Translations under genes and position numbers: made by a program
NCBI GenBank assembly: GCA_021785355.1
Contig: JAJYFR010000002.1
Location: forward strand, 10,529 to 74,528
Length of the DNA stretch: 64,000 nt
Direction: 5' to 3'
Source of the DNA: a bacterium
GTDB taxonomy: Bacteria; Patescibacteriota; Dojkabacteria; JAKAPS01; JAJZLI01
The notes under the pieces: model-generated
Told to the model about the DNA's origin: nothing
The model's input: only the letters and a program-made list of their open reading frames with translations
Databases searched by the model: none
Part shown: positions 32,097-42,033 of the stretch, in pieces
How positions within the stretch are numbered: the first letter of the stretch is position 1
Layout of the letters: each line of letters opens with the position of its first letter

Positions 32097-33499
32097 TTTT
32101 CACAATAAGTTTTATACTTTTTTTTGTACTTATAACTAGAGTATATGCTCAAGTTCCCCCTACAGATACATCTTCATCATACATATTAACAGATCCTGTT
32201 TTTGGAGAAAGTGGTCCATATACACAATCTTCTCCAAGTTTTCAAGAAAAATCTACTTTAGGACAACTAGTTACTGGAGTATCTCAATCTACAAATTTTA
32301 TACTTAAATCTGGATTTGAATATTATTCAGGACAATCAGTACCTTCTATTACAATGAGTATTAATACTAATTCTATAAATTTTGGAAATCTTCTACCAGG
32401 TACTATTTATAAATCTCCCACAAATACAATTATCACTATCTCTTCTAATTCAGAAATGGGATATAACCTTTATGCTTCAGAAAATAATAATCTTGTGAAT
32501 AATCAAGGATTCCAGATTCCTCCTGTAAATAATGGAGCTACTAGTACTACTGCAGCAGCATATACTTCTACTGCATATACAGGTCTAGGATATAACTGTA
32601 GTACTTCTAACTCATTTGAACAAGCAGTTTTAGCTGACAACCCTATTGCTTTCTGGGCACTTTCAGAAACTACAGGAACTACTGCATATGATCTGTCTGG
32701 GAATGGAAATAATGGGACATATACGGGAGGATATACTCAAGGAGAACAAGGTCCAATTTCAAATTCTAACCTTGATAAATCAACATATTTTAATGGATCT
32801 ACAAGTTATATAAATTTACCTCAAAATTTAACAAATAATGCAAATTTTTCAACACTTACATTCTCTTTATGGTTTAAGACTACATCTGATGGAACATTGC
32901 TTGGTAATCAAAACAGCACAGTAGGTATTACACCAGGTTTTGATAATAGTTTGTTATATATAGGAACTAATGGATATTTATGTGGAGGAATAGATATTCC
33001 TCCAGGATTTTGTAATAGTACCAATATTAATGATGGTAAATGGCATAATGCAGTGTTAACTGTAAATAACTCTTCGGGTCAATCTTTATATCTAGATGGA
33101 CAATTAGTAAATACTGCTGGAGTTCCAAATACATTTAGTACGAATTATACACAAATAGGAGTTGGTTATGATCAAGGTTGGACCTATGCTTCTGCTGGAT
33201 GGTTTTATTTTAAAGGAGAAATTTCTAATGTTGCTGTATATCATACAGCCTTAACACAATCTCAAATTCAGACTATTTTTAATGCTGGAATAGATAATCA
33301 ATCACCTTTCTGTAATAATGATTTTATAAATACAAATTATTACAGACAATTATCTTCTACACCTACTCAATTTGCATCATTCTCTTCTATTGCTAATAAT
33401 CAGAGTATTGCTGTAGGATATGCTGTAAATATTCCCGCAACACAAGCATCTGGTAATTATACAAATACTATTACATATACTTTAGCAGGTAACTATTAA
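32081..33499 (+). CDS. Secreted LamG-domain protein. The WxL-like module appears split around the LamG insertion.
   Basis: DLSGNGNNGTYTGG...FSLWFKTTSDGTLLGN...DGKWHNAVLTVNNSSGQSLYLDGQLV...FKGEISNVAVYHTALTQSQI is a classic LamG (Laminin_G_3) pattern. The N-terminal SITMSINTNSINFGNLLPG...GYNLYA resembles the first half of the shared module, and the C-terminal ...ATQASGNYTNTITYTLAGNY resembles its second half. Confidence 0.6.
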   Translation: MGKKIIFTISFILFFVLITRVYAQVPPTDTSSSYILTDPVFGESGPYTQSSPSFQEKSTLGQLVTGVSQSTNFILKSGFEYYSGQSVPSITMSINTNSINFGNLLPGTIYKSPTNTIITISSNSEMGYNLYASENNNLVNNQGFQIPPVNNGATSTTAAAYTSTAYTGLGYNCSTSNSFEQAVLADNPIAFWALSETTGTTAYDLSGNGNNGTYTGGYTQGEQGPISNSNLDKSTYFNGSTSYINLPQNLTNNANFSTLTFSLWFKTTSDGTLLGNQNSTVGITPGFDNSLLYIGTNGYLCGGIDIPPGFCNSTNINDGKWHNAVLTVNNSSGQSLYLDGQLVNTAGVPNTFSTNYTQIGVGYDQGWTYASAGWFYFKGEISNVAVYHTALTQSQIQTIFNAGIDNQSPFCNNDFINTNYYRQLSSTPTQFASFSSIANNQSIAVGYAVNIPATQASGNYTNTITYTLAGNY

Positions 33500-34371
33500 T
33501 GAAAAAATATTCTATAATCTTTGCAATACTTTTTTTTCTAACTTTTTCTCAAAGTGTATATGCATCTACAAATAAAGAAACATTGAGAGTAACTCCTGCA
33601 TATATATCAATTACAAAAAGTTCTAATACTAATACCTCTGAGAATTTATCTATACTAAATGAATCTTTAATACCTTTAGAAGTATCTCTTTCTCAGGGAA
33701 ATATAGAATATATAAATAAAAAACTCACAATCACTCAGAATAATGCAATAACAAATATAAACAGCTGGATTAAAATCACACAAAAATCTTTCATAATACA
33801 ACCTAAAGCTACAATAAATATACCTGTGGACATAAATATTCCTAAAAATACAAAAAATGGATCATATAACGGAGAAATTACAATATCTAATATAACTAAA
33901 AATCTTTCAGGACAAAGCAGAGTAGAGGGAAGTATTGTAATTAATGTATTTGTAAATATAAGAGGAAAGAATAAAAACTACTCAAATATAAATAGTAAGA
34001 TTTCATACCTTCCTTTATTCATAAATACTCTTCCTTTAAATTTAGATTATACTCTTAATAATCCTGGACCTTACAATAATGCAGCAATAATAAATATAAA
34101 TACACAATCTTTGTTTTATTCAAAAAATACGCCTACTAATGTAATCAACCTTTTAGTAGAACAGACAAGGTATAAAACATTTCAAATTCAAAATATCCCT
34201 TGGGGAATATACAAAATATCTTTTAATACAAATAATATAGGAGAGAAAATAAATAAAGAAAAATCTTTCTATATTATTTATCTACCTTACTATATTTACC
34301 TAATATTAGGAATAATAATTATTATTATAATTTATTTAAAAGTAAGAAAATCTAAAGTTAAATATTTTTGA
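33499..34371 (+). CDS. Cell-surface anchor protein (DUF916/DUF3324-like). Third paralog.
   Basis: Signal peptide, TLRVTPAYISI... beta-rich ectodomain and a C-terminal TM followed by KVRKSKVKYF. Start overlaps the previous stop (TAATG). Confidence 0.45.
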   Translation: MKKYSIIFAILFFLTFSQSVYASTNKETLRVTPAYISITKSSNTNTSENLSILNESLIPLEVSLSQGNIEYINKKLTITQNNAITNINSWIKITQKSFIIQPKATINIPVDINIPKNTKNGSYNGEITISNITKNLSGQSRVEGSIVINVFVNIRGKNKNYSNINSKISYLPLFINTLPLNLDYTLNNPGPYNNAAIININTQSLFYSKNTPTNVINLLVEQTRYKTFQIQNIPWGIYKISFNTNNIGEKINKEKSFYIIYLPYYIYLILGIIIIIIIYLKVRKSKVKYF

Positions 34372-34402
34372 TTTATCTAAATAATCAACCTCACAAATAT
34401 AG

Positions 34403-35530
34403 TTAAGATAAAAAAGATAAAAAATTATCTTTATTTATAAGAGTAATAGAACTATCTTTATATGTATCTAAAAATTCAACGTATTTTTTAAATTTATCTG
34501 AAGTATATTTAATTTCAAATCCCTCTAGTCTTCCACTTACATCCTCAATATAATCTATTTCTTTTTTATCATATGTACGCCAGAAATAATTATTTATATT
34601 TCTCTCTCTATTATTATTATATTTAATTCTTTCAGATATAATAAAATTCTCCCATAAAGCGCCTATATCTTGTCTTAAAGATAAGATATTAAAATTTTTA
34701 ATAATTGCATTTCTTATTCCCAAATCATAAAAATAAATTTTTCGTAATTTACCTATTTCTTTTCTTAGGTTTCTACTATAAGGTTTTAATGAAAAAATTA
34801 TAAAAGCCTTTTCTAAAATTTGTATATATCTTGATACAGTATCTTTATCTATATTTAAAAGATTAGCAAGTTCGTTATAAGACACCTCATTTCCTATTTG
34901 TAATGCTAATGCTTGAAGTAATTTAGTTAACACTTCACTATTTCTAATATTTTGAAATTGTAATATATCCTTAAATAAGTAGCTAGAAGCTATTTCTTCT
35001 ATTTTTATTTGTGCATCTAGATTTGATCCAGAAATAATATCTGGATACATACCAAATCTAAGCATATCTTCTAAAAGACGATTTATTTCAATTTTAGTTT
35101 TTTTTTCTAATATTTCTGATATAGACAAAGGATATAGATGAAATTCAAATTTTCTTCCTGTTAATGGCTCACTAATACTATTAGATAGTTCAAAAGAAGA
35201 AGATCCTGTCGCTATAACTTGTACTAAAGGAAAATTGTCAATTATAAGTTTAAGAGTTAATCCAATGTTATTTATTCTTTGTGCCTCATCTATTATTAAA
35301 AAAGTATTATTCCCTATTATTTTTTTTATTTCAGTAGAGGTTTTATTTTCAAAAGAATATCTTATATCTGGCTCATCTGCATTTAGGTATAAAGAATTTT
35401 TTATATATTTCTCTTGTATTTTCTTTACTAGAGTTGTTTTACCTACCTGTCTTGCTCCATATATTATGATAGCTTTTCCTTTAAATAATTTTTTTTCTAT
35501 ATTATCTTGTATTAATCTTTTATATTCCAT
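34403..35530 (-). CDS. AAA+ ATPase of the AAA_14/DUF4143 family.
   Basis: Walker A GARQVGKTTL and Walker B FLIIDEAQ. The C-terminal region is typical of DUF4143-containing ATPases. Confidence 0.7.
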   Translation of the reverse strand: MEYKRLIQDNIEKKLFKGKAIIIYGARQVGKTTLVKKIQEKYIKNSLYLNADEPDIRYSFENKTSTEIKKIIGNNTFLIIDEAQRINNIGLTLKLIIDNFPLVQVIATGSSSFELSNSISEPLTGRKFEFHLYPLSISEILEKKTKIEINRLLEDMLRFGMYPDIISGSNLDAQIKIEEIASSYLFKDILQFQNIRNSEVLTKLLQALALQIGNEVSYNELANLLNIDKDTVSRYIQILEKAFIIFSLKPYSRNLRKEIGKLRKIYFYDLGIRNAIIKNFNILSLRQDIGALWENFIISERIKYNNNRERNINNYFWRTYDKKEIDYIEDVSGRLEGFEIKYTSDKFKKYVEFLDTYKDSSITLINKDNFLSFLS

Positions 35531-35571
35531 TGCTTAATTAGGTGTATATATACGCCTAATTTACACCTAAT
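35527..35571. promoter_or_regulatory. Inverted repeat TAATTAGGTG-N26-CACCTAATT in the ATPase upstream region / MTase downstream region.
   Basis: Near-perfect 9-10 bp arms plus a direct repeat of CCTAATT. Candidate operator or terminator. Confidence 0.2.
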
Positions 35572-35591
35572 TGGGGGTATTGTCAAGTAAA

Positions 35592-36467
35592 TTAAAAGTG
35601 AGAAAGTCTAAAATTAAATATTCCTACTTTATCTAGATAATCAATTTTACATTTAGGACATCTTGTTTTTGAAAGATCACTTTTACATTTAGGACAAATC
35701 AGAATATCTTCAATATCTTTTAGAATAAATTTCTCTCTACTCTTTTTTTCTAATTTCAGAAAAATACTAGGCCCAAAAGAAATAATTTTAAAAATACTTT
35801 GAAATAAATTATCCAAAAATATTAGAAATTTTAGAGGAAAAATATTTTTGAGTATTTTTTGTCTAAAATTAGAAACTGAGTATTCTTCTTTAATTTCAAA
35901 ATAAGGATTTATTATTTTTTTTATAAATTTAGGAGAAAAATTAAGAAAAACCTGATCTTCTATAAATCCTTGAGAGTCTTTTTTATGTTGAATTTTAATT
36001 GTATTAAGTCTTCTGTATTTAGAAGAAAATTTAGATCTTATGAGTGCTAAAAAGTTATTTTTATTTGCAAATTCTAGATAAAAATCAGATGAGATAACTC
36101 TTGAGAGCTCTTTTATTGCAAGCTCAGGAGATTCTATATGATGCATTACTCTCACACACATTCCACCTTCTATAGAATTATCTTTAAAAGGAAGATTATA
36201 TATATCACCACAAACTCTAAATACATTACTCCCTACTTTTGCTCTTTTAAGATTCTTATATGAATAATCAAAAAGAATAGAATATTTAAATTTATCCTGA
36301 TATATAGGAGTAAGCCTTCCATAAGCACCTCCTACATCTATAAAATTTTTTCCTTCTTTTATTATTTTTTTAAGAATATTTACTTCTGATAAATTTTCAT
36401 ATTCTCTATCTCTCCAATATTCCCTGTAATCGTAATTTACAGAATCGTAATCTTGAATTTTAGTCAT
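35592..36467 (-). CDS. Class I SAM-dependent methyltransferase with a C-terminal Cys4 zinc ribbon.
   Basis: Motif I FIDVGGAYGRLT. C-terminal CPKCKSDL...CPKCKIDY. Confidence 0.55.
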   Translation of the reverse strand: MTKIQDYDSVNYDYREYWRDREYENLSEVNILKKIIKEGKNFIDVGGAYGRLTPIYQDKFKYSILFDYSYKNLKRAKVGSNVFRVCGDIYNLPFKDNSIEGGMCVRVMHHIESPELAIKELSRVISSDFYLEFANKNNFLALIRSKFSSKYRRLNTIKIQHKKDSQGFIEDQVFLNFSPKFIKKIINPYFEIKEEYSVSNFRQKILKNIFPLKFLIFLDNLFQSIFKIISFGPSIFLKLEKKSREKFILKDIEDILICPKCKSDLSKTRCPKCKIDYLDKVGIFNFRLSHF

Positions 36468-36469
36468 AT

Positions 36470-36835
36470 TTATTTTTCTATAATTTTTTGTAGAATTTCA
36501 AATGATAGTCTAGCACATTTTTCTCTTGAAAAAGAAATGTCCATCAACATTTTTTCTTTTATTAGAGAAAAATCTATTTTTTTTATATCATTAATACTTT
36601 TTCCTTTTACTTCCTGTGTTAGAATCGATGCCGCAACCTTAGATATTATACAACCATTTGACACAAAAGAAATATCTTCTATGATATCTCCTTTATATTT
36701 TACATATATTTTTATACTATCTCCACATAAAGGGTTCTCTCCTTCTTCTAATATATCAAAATCCTTCATATCTCCATAATTTTTAGGATTATTATATATA
36801 TCTATTATATAGCTTCTAGTAAGGTAACTGTCCAT
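36470..36835 (-). CDS. sufU: SufU/IscU-like Fe-S cluster scaffold.
   Basis: NPKNYGD...CGDSIKIY...GCIISKVAAS...KCARLS: the three conserved Cys. Directly downstream of sufS. Confidence 0.65.
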   Translation of the reverse strand: MDSYLTRSYIIDIYNNPKNYGDMKDFDILEEGENPLCGDSIKIYVKYKGDIIEDISFVSNGCIISKVAASILTQEVKGKSINDIKKIDFSLIKEKMLMDISFSREKCARLSFEILQKIIEK

Positions 36836-36840
36836 AATAA

Positions 36841-38034
36841 TTAAAATAAATCTGATATCTTAGAAAGAGAGAGAGATACTTTATCTATATCTTCTTGTGT
36901 ATTATAAAAATATAAACTAATACGTGATAGTGCATATACACTAAGTTCTTTCATTAAAGGTTGAGCACAATGATGTCCTGCTCTAATTGCAATATTTTCT
37001 TCATCCAAGAATGTTGCTATATCATGAGGATGAATATTTTTTATTGAAAAAGAATATATTCCGAAATCATTTTTTGCTCCATATATTTTAATTCCATTAA
37101 TTTTTACAAGATTTTCATAAAGATAGAAAGAAAGCTCTTTTATATACAAGGAGATTTTATTCATTCCTACTTTATTTATATAATCTATAGATTTTCCAAA
37201 AACAATTGTATCTGCAAAATTAACAGTACCTGCTTCAAATTTGAAAGGCGCATTTTTATATACACTCTTATTTTTATCTACAGATATTATCATTTCTCCA
37301 CCTCCAAGTAATGGAGGCATTTTATCTAAAAGCTCTTCTTTTCCATATAATATTCCAACACCTGTAGGACCTAGCATTTTATGCGCAGAAAAAGTTAAAA
37401 AATCACAATCTAATGATTTTACATCAATTTGTATATGAGGTGCAGCTTGTGCAGCATCAACTATAACAAATGCATTTATTTTTCTTGCTTTTTTTACTAT
37501 ATCTTTAATATCATTTCTAGTACCTAGTACATTTGATATATATGTAAGAGAAATTATTTTAGGTTTTATTTCTAATAGAGAATCTACATTTTCTAAAGAG
37601 AAGTTTTCTTTATTTATATCTATATATTTTATACTAAATCCAATTTCTTTCTGTAGTATTTGCCATGGAACTATATTTGAATGATGCTCCATCAAAGATA
37701 AAAGTACTGTATCAGTTTTTTTTAATATTGATTTTGCAAAAGTATACACAACTAAATTTAAACTCTCTGTTGTATTACGAGTAAATACTATTTCATTACT
37801 CTTAGCATTTATAAATTTAGCACTCTTCTCTCTAACTCCCTCATACATAGAAGTTGCCTCTTCTGAGAGTCTATATATACCTCTATATACATTTGCATTA
37901 AAATTTTCATAAAAACGAGAAAATTCATCAATAACTATCTGAGGTTTTTGTGTTGTTGCTGCATTATCTAGATAAACTAGGTTCTTTCCATAAAATTTTG
38001 TATTTTTAAATATTGGAAAATCTTTCTTATTCAT
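36841..38034 (-). CDS. sufS: Cysteine desulfurase SufS.
   Basis: PLP-lysine region SAHKMLGPTGVGILYG and active-site RAGHHCAQPLM. Confidence 0.9.
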   Translation of the reverse strand: MNKKDFPIFKNTKFYGKNLVYLDNAATTQKPQIVIDEFSRFYENFNANVYRGIYRLSEEATSMYEGVREKSAKFINAKSNEIVFTRNTTESLNLVVYTFAKSILKKTDTVLLSLMEHHSNIVPWQILQKEIGFSIKYIDINKENFSLENVDSLLEIKPKIISLTYISNVLGTRNDIKDIVKKARKINAFVIVDAAQAAPHIQIDVKSLDCDFLTFSAHKMLGPTGVGILYGKEELLDKMPPLLGGGEMIISVDKNKSVYKNAPFKFEAGTVNFADTIVFGKSIDYINKVGMNKISLYIKELSFYLYENLVKINGIKIYGAKNDFGIYSFSIKNIHPHDIATFLDEENIAIRAGHHCAQPLMKELSVYALSRISLYFYNTQEDIDKVSLSLSKISDLF

Positions 38035-38771
38035 AAATTTTTTATAATTTTCTTATACCCTAAACTCTCTATTTTTTCTATTAAAATACGACCTCCTGAT
38101 TTTACTATTTTACCATCATTCATTATATGAACTTTTGAAATATTTATCTTATCTAGCATTTTTTTCTGATGAGTAATTATTAGAAATGTTATGCCTTCTT
38201 TATTAAGAGTATTAATACTTTCTGTAATAAATTTTATTCCATCTACATCTAGACCTGAATCTATTTCATCTAATATAGCAAATTTAGGTTTTAGAATTGC
38301 AATTTGAAGTATTTCCATTCTTTTTTTCTCCCCACCAGATAATCCTTCATTAAGATTACGAGAAAGAAAAGTGTCATCAATTCCTAATCTCTTAGATTCT
38401 TTTTTTAGTCTTAATATAAATTCAAAAATTTCAATATTTTCTTTATATATAGATTTATATGCAGTATATAGAAAAGTTCCAAAATTAACTCCAGGAACTT
38501 CTACTGGATTTTGAAAAGCTAAAAACATACCTTTTCTTGCCCTAAGATATGGTTTCATATTATTAATATTTTCTTCAAAAAAATATATATCTCCATCAAT
38601 TATTTTATATTCAAATGAACCCATAAGAATTTCTGCTAAGGTAGATTTCCCTGAACCATTAGCACCCATAATTACTTGAATATCTTTCTCTTTTAAAGAT
38701 AAATTAATGCCTTTTAAAATTTCTTTTTCTCTTGCATTTACCTTTAAATCTTGTATTCTTAATATATTCAT
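38031..38771 (-). CDS. sufC: Fe-S cluster assembly ATPase SufC.
   Basis: Walker A GANGSGKSTL, ABC signature LSGGEKKR, Walker B AILDEIDSGLD. Confidence 0.9.
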   Translation of the reverse strand: MNILRIQDLKVNAREKEILKGINLSLKEKDIQVIMGANGSGKSTLAEILMGSFEYKIIDGDIYFFEENINNMKPYLRARKGMFLAFQNPVEVPGVNFGTFLYTAYKSIYKENIEIFEFILRLKKESKRLGIDDTFLSRNLNEGLSGGEKKRMEILQIAILKPKFAILDEIDSGLDVDGIKFITESINTLNKEGITFLIITHQKKMLDKINISKVHIMNDGKIVKSGGRILIEKIESLGYKKIIKNL

Positions 38772-39151
38772 ATGAAATCTATAATTTTAATATCACTAAA
38801 TTTTGAACGTATCTCTTCATTTAACTTATTAAAGACTTCCTTAGAACTACATTGATCCTTCACTGAACAATCATCTTTAATACACTCAGTTAATAAAATT
38901 TCATTTCCTAAAGCTTTCATAACATCATAAACACTGAGCTCTGATGGATCAACATTAATCATATATCCTCCATTACTACCTTCTTTAGTTTTTACAATAT
39001 TTTTATTAAGTAATATATTTAGAATCTTTCTTGTAAAAGGTATAGGTAAAAGAAGTTTCTTACAGATATCACTTACTGACACAAAGCTTTCTTGTTTTGC
39101 AAGAAAACTAATTATTAAAATTGAATAATCTTCTAGTTTTGTTAATTTCAT
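38768..39151 (-). CDS. Rrf2-family (IscR-like) transcriptional regulator.
   Basis: N-terminal winged HTH MKLTKLEDYSILIISFLAKQ...VSDICKKLLLPIPFTRKIL, as in Rrf2 proteins. Confidence 0.7.
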   Translation of the reverse strand: MKLTKLEDYSILIISFLAKQESFVSVSDICKKLLLPIPFTRKILNILLNKNIVKTKEGSNGGYMINVDPSELSVYDVMKALGNEILLTECIKDDCSVKDQCSSKEVFNKLNEEIRSKFSDIKIIDFI

Positions 39152-39205
39152 ATAAATGTGACTATTTTAGTAAAGTATAAGTATATTATATATAGACTTA
39201 CTTAG

Positions 39206-39517
39206 TCAAATTCTTATATATAATAAATTTTCTTTTTTTATAATTTTATATATATTAATACTATTAAATGCAGGAAGAGATAGTGCTTTACCTGTCAAAA
39301 GATCAAATTTTGCTCCATGATGAATACATGTAACTACCTTTTTCTCTTCATCAATCAATCCATCATCTAAAGGATATTTTTCATGAGAACAACAATTATC
39401 TATTGCTAATATTGAATTCTTCAAGAAATATACAAATATATCCCTTCCTTCTAAATTAAATGTATAACCTTTATGTTTTTCAAAATTTTTAATATCTCCT
39501 AATAAAATTTCTTTCAT
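39206..39517 (-). CDS. Rieske-type [2Fe-2S] ferredoxin-like protein.
   Basis: CCSHEKY...TCIHHGAKF gives the C-x-H...C-x-x-H spacing of Rieske clusters. Confidence 0.6.
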   Translation of the reverse strand: MKEILLGDIKNFEKHKGYTFNLEGRDIFVYFLKNSILAIDNCCSHEKYPLDDGLIDEEKKVVTCIHHGAKFDLLTGKALSLPAFNSINIYKIIKKENLLYIRI

Positions 39518-40134
39518 ATATTTTTTATAACTTCATTTATAACTTTTTCTCTAAATTTTTGATCTTCTATATCTTTGAGTTTAGCTATTAAGAATCCTGA
39601 AGATATACTATTTATAGAATCTTTTTTATTAATACCCCTACTCTCAAGATAAAATAATTCATCTTCTCTTATTCCTGAGATTGAAGATGCATGAGATGCT
39701 TTGACATTATTAGGTATTATTTCTAAAGATGGAATGACTTTTGATACAATTCGATCTCCCAAAAGAAGTGTTTTTTCATTAAAATATGCATTTGAACCTG
39801 TGGCGAATTTGTCTATTTTCACAAGACCCTTTATAAAAGATAAACTCCCATCTCTCATAACTCTTCTTATATATGTCTTTGATATTGTATTAGGATATAT
39901 ATGTTCTATTTTAAGATTAATATTTATATCTTGTCCTAGAATACCATTCTCTATAACATATAGATGTAATTTACAAAATTCTTTCTTAAGATTAAAATTC
40001 ATATCAATATTTTTTTTCTGAGGAGTATCTATTATAAGAACAAATACTAAAACTTCATTTTGTTTTAAGGATATATCTTCTTTTATATCCAGAGCATTAT
40101 ATTCCGATATTCTTTTAAAAATAAATCTATTCAT
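39514..40134 (-). CDS. sufD: SufD-like protein (206 aa, C-terminal beta-helix half only).
   Basis: ...[28 protein letters not shown] aligns with the SufB/SufD C-terminal motif (compare SufB ...[20 protein letters not shown]). Confidence 0.55.
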   Translation of the reverse strand: MNRFIFKRISEYNALDIKEDISLKQNEVLVFVLIIDTPQKKNIDMNFNLKKEFCKLHLYVIENGILGQDININLKIEHIYPNTISKTYIRRVMRDGSLSFIKGLVKIDKFATGSNAYFNEKTLLLGDRIVSKVIPSLEIIPNNVKASHASSISGIREDELFYLESRGINKKDSINSISSGFLIAKLKDIEDQKFREKVINEVIKNI

Positions 40135-41537
40135 CCCACAGAGCCTTCCATTTCTAATTTAATTAATCTGTTTAATTCTACTGCATATTCCATAGGTAGT
40201 TCTTTTGCGATTGGCTCTAAAAAACCACTAACTATCATAGAAGATGCCTCATCCTCATTAAGACCTCGAGACTCAAGATAAAAAAGCTGATCCTCTCCAA
40301 CTTTGCTTACTGTAGCCTCATGTTGTAGCATAGGCATTTTAACATGATCAACATTTATAGTAGGATATGTGTCTGTACGAGAATACTCATCCATAAGTAG
40401 AGCATCACATTTAACATCAGATTTTATATTTTCTACTCCGTCTTTAGCATCTATTAAACCTCTGTATGTAGTTCGTCCTCCATCTCTAGATATTGATTTT
40501 GATACTACCTTAGAAGAAGTATTTGAAGACGCATGTATTATTTTAGATCCTGCATCTATATGTTGTCCTTGTGATGCTGATGCCATTGATAAAATTTCTC
40601 CATGAGCCCCTTCTTCCATTAGATAAACTGAAGGGTATTTCATAGTAACTCGAGATCCAAAATTTCCATCAACCCAATACATTTTTGCATCTTTATAAGC
40701 TATAGCTCTTTTTGTAACAAGGTTATATACATTTTTAGACCAATTCTGAATTGTAGTATATCTAACATTACTACCTTTTTTACATATAATTTCAACAACA
40801 GCTGAATGAAGAGAATTCTCATCATATATAGAAGCCGTGCAACCCTCCAGGTAGTGAACTGAAGATCCTTCATCCGCAATAATAAGAGTTCTCTCAAATT
40901 GTCCCATTGCTTTTGCATTGATTCTAAAATATGCCTGAAGAGGAATATCCAATTTAACTCCTTTGGGAATATATACAAAACTCCCACCTGACCATACTGC
41001 ACTATTCAAAGCTGCAAATTTATTGTCATAAGGAGAAATTACAGTTGCAAAATATTCTTTTAATAAGTCTGGAAATTCTTTTAGAGCTGTGTCTGTATCT
41101 GTAAATATAACACCTTTATCTGAAATTTCTTTCATAAGATTATGATAGACTACTTCACTTTCAAACTGAGCTTCTACTCCAGCCAAAAACTTACGTTCAG
41201 CCTCAGGAATCCCTAATTTTTCAAAAGTATCTTTTATATCCTGAGGTACATCATCCCAACTCTTAGAATTATTTTGAGAAGAACGTATAAAATAGAAAAA
41301 ATCATTAAAATCTATATCCGAAAGATCTGCTCCCCATGAAGGCATAGGTTTTGATATAAATATATCGTAAGCTCTAAGCCTAAACTCTCTCATCCATAAA
41401 GGTTCATTTTTCATAAAAGAAATTTCTTCTACTATTTTTCTAGATAACCCTTTTTTAGATTTAAAAACATAATTAGAAGGTGTAGAGAATCCAAATTCGT
41501 ATTGTTTTTCAGTCTGTTTCATATTATTTATGGCCAA
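40131..41537 (-). CDS. sufB: Fe-S cluster assembly protein SufB.
   Basis: Full-length ~468 aa with the SufB motifs (…[19 protein letters not shown]…[10 protein letters not shown]…). Confidence 0.9.
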   Translation of the reverse strand: MAINNMKQTEKQYEFGFSTPSNYVFKSKKGLSRKIVEEISFMKNEPLWMREFRLRAYDIFISKPMPSWGADLSDIDFNDFFYFIRSSQNNSKSWDDVPQDIKDTFEKLGIPEAERKFLAGVEAQFESEVVYHNLMKEISDKGVIFTDTDTALKEFPDLLKEYFATVISPYDNKFAALNSAVWSGGSFVYIPKGVKLDIPLQAYFRINAKAMGQFERTLIIADEGSSVHYLEGCTASIYDENSLHSAVVEIICKKGSNVRYTTIQNWSKNVYNLVTKRAIAYKDAKMYWVDGNFGSRVTMKYPSVYLMEEGAHGEILSMASASQGQHIDAGSKIIHASSNTSSKVVSKSISRDGGRTTYRGLIDAKDGVENIKSDVKCDALLMDEYSRTDTYPTINVDHVKMPMLQHEATVSKVGEDQLFYLESRGLNEDEASSMIVSGFLEPIAKELPMEYAVELNRLIKLEMEGSVG

Positions 41538-41764
41538 ATTTGTTTACCTGTCTCATCTTTAAGAATTATTGCAGAAACTGGACAACTCTTAGACGCCTCT
41601 AGAACAGTTTCATAATCATCAATTTCTTGACCTACCATATATGCTTTACTCTCTTGATCCATATCAAAAGTATCAGGGGCAATAGCAACACAACTTGATG
41701 CGCCAATACATAAATCTCTATCTATTTCTACAAAAATTTTTTTCCCTTCTTTTGTTATATACAT
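41528..41764 (-). CDS. Small single-cluster ferredoxin.
   Basis: [12 protein letters not shown]...SCPVSAI Cys pattern. Confidence 0.55.
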   Translation of the reverse strand: MYITKEGKKIFVEIDRDLCIGASSCVAIAPDTFDMDQESKAYMVGQEIDDYETVLEASKSCPVSAIILKDETGKQIWP

Positions 41765-41770
41765 ATATTT

Positions 41771-41992
41771 TTATTCTACAGATTCTACAGATTTTATTTC
41801 AGGAAATTCATCTTTTATAATGCTCTCTATTCCGTCCTTTAGTGTAATTGAAGAGAGAGAGCATCCAACACAAGCTCCCATCATTTTTACTTTAACTATA
41901 TTTTTTTTTACTTCCAAAAGCTCTACATCTCCTCCATGTTGGAGAATAAATGGCCTTATTTCATTCAATAAATTTGATATCTTACTTTTCAT
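41771..41992 (-). CDS. NifU C-terminal-domain (Nfu-type) Fe-S carrier.
   Basis: GGDVELLEVK...VKMMGACVGCSLS has the CxxC motif of the Nfu domain. Confidence 0.65.
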   Translation of the reverse strand: MKSKISNLLNEIRPFILQHGGDVELLEVKKNIVKVKMMGACVGCSLSSITLKDGIESIIKDEFPEIKSVESVE

Positions 41993-42033
41993 AAGGTATA
42001 TATTACCATAAAAGTATTAGTTTGAAAAATTTT

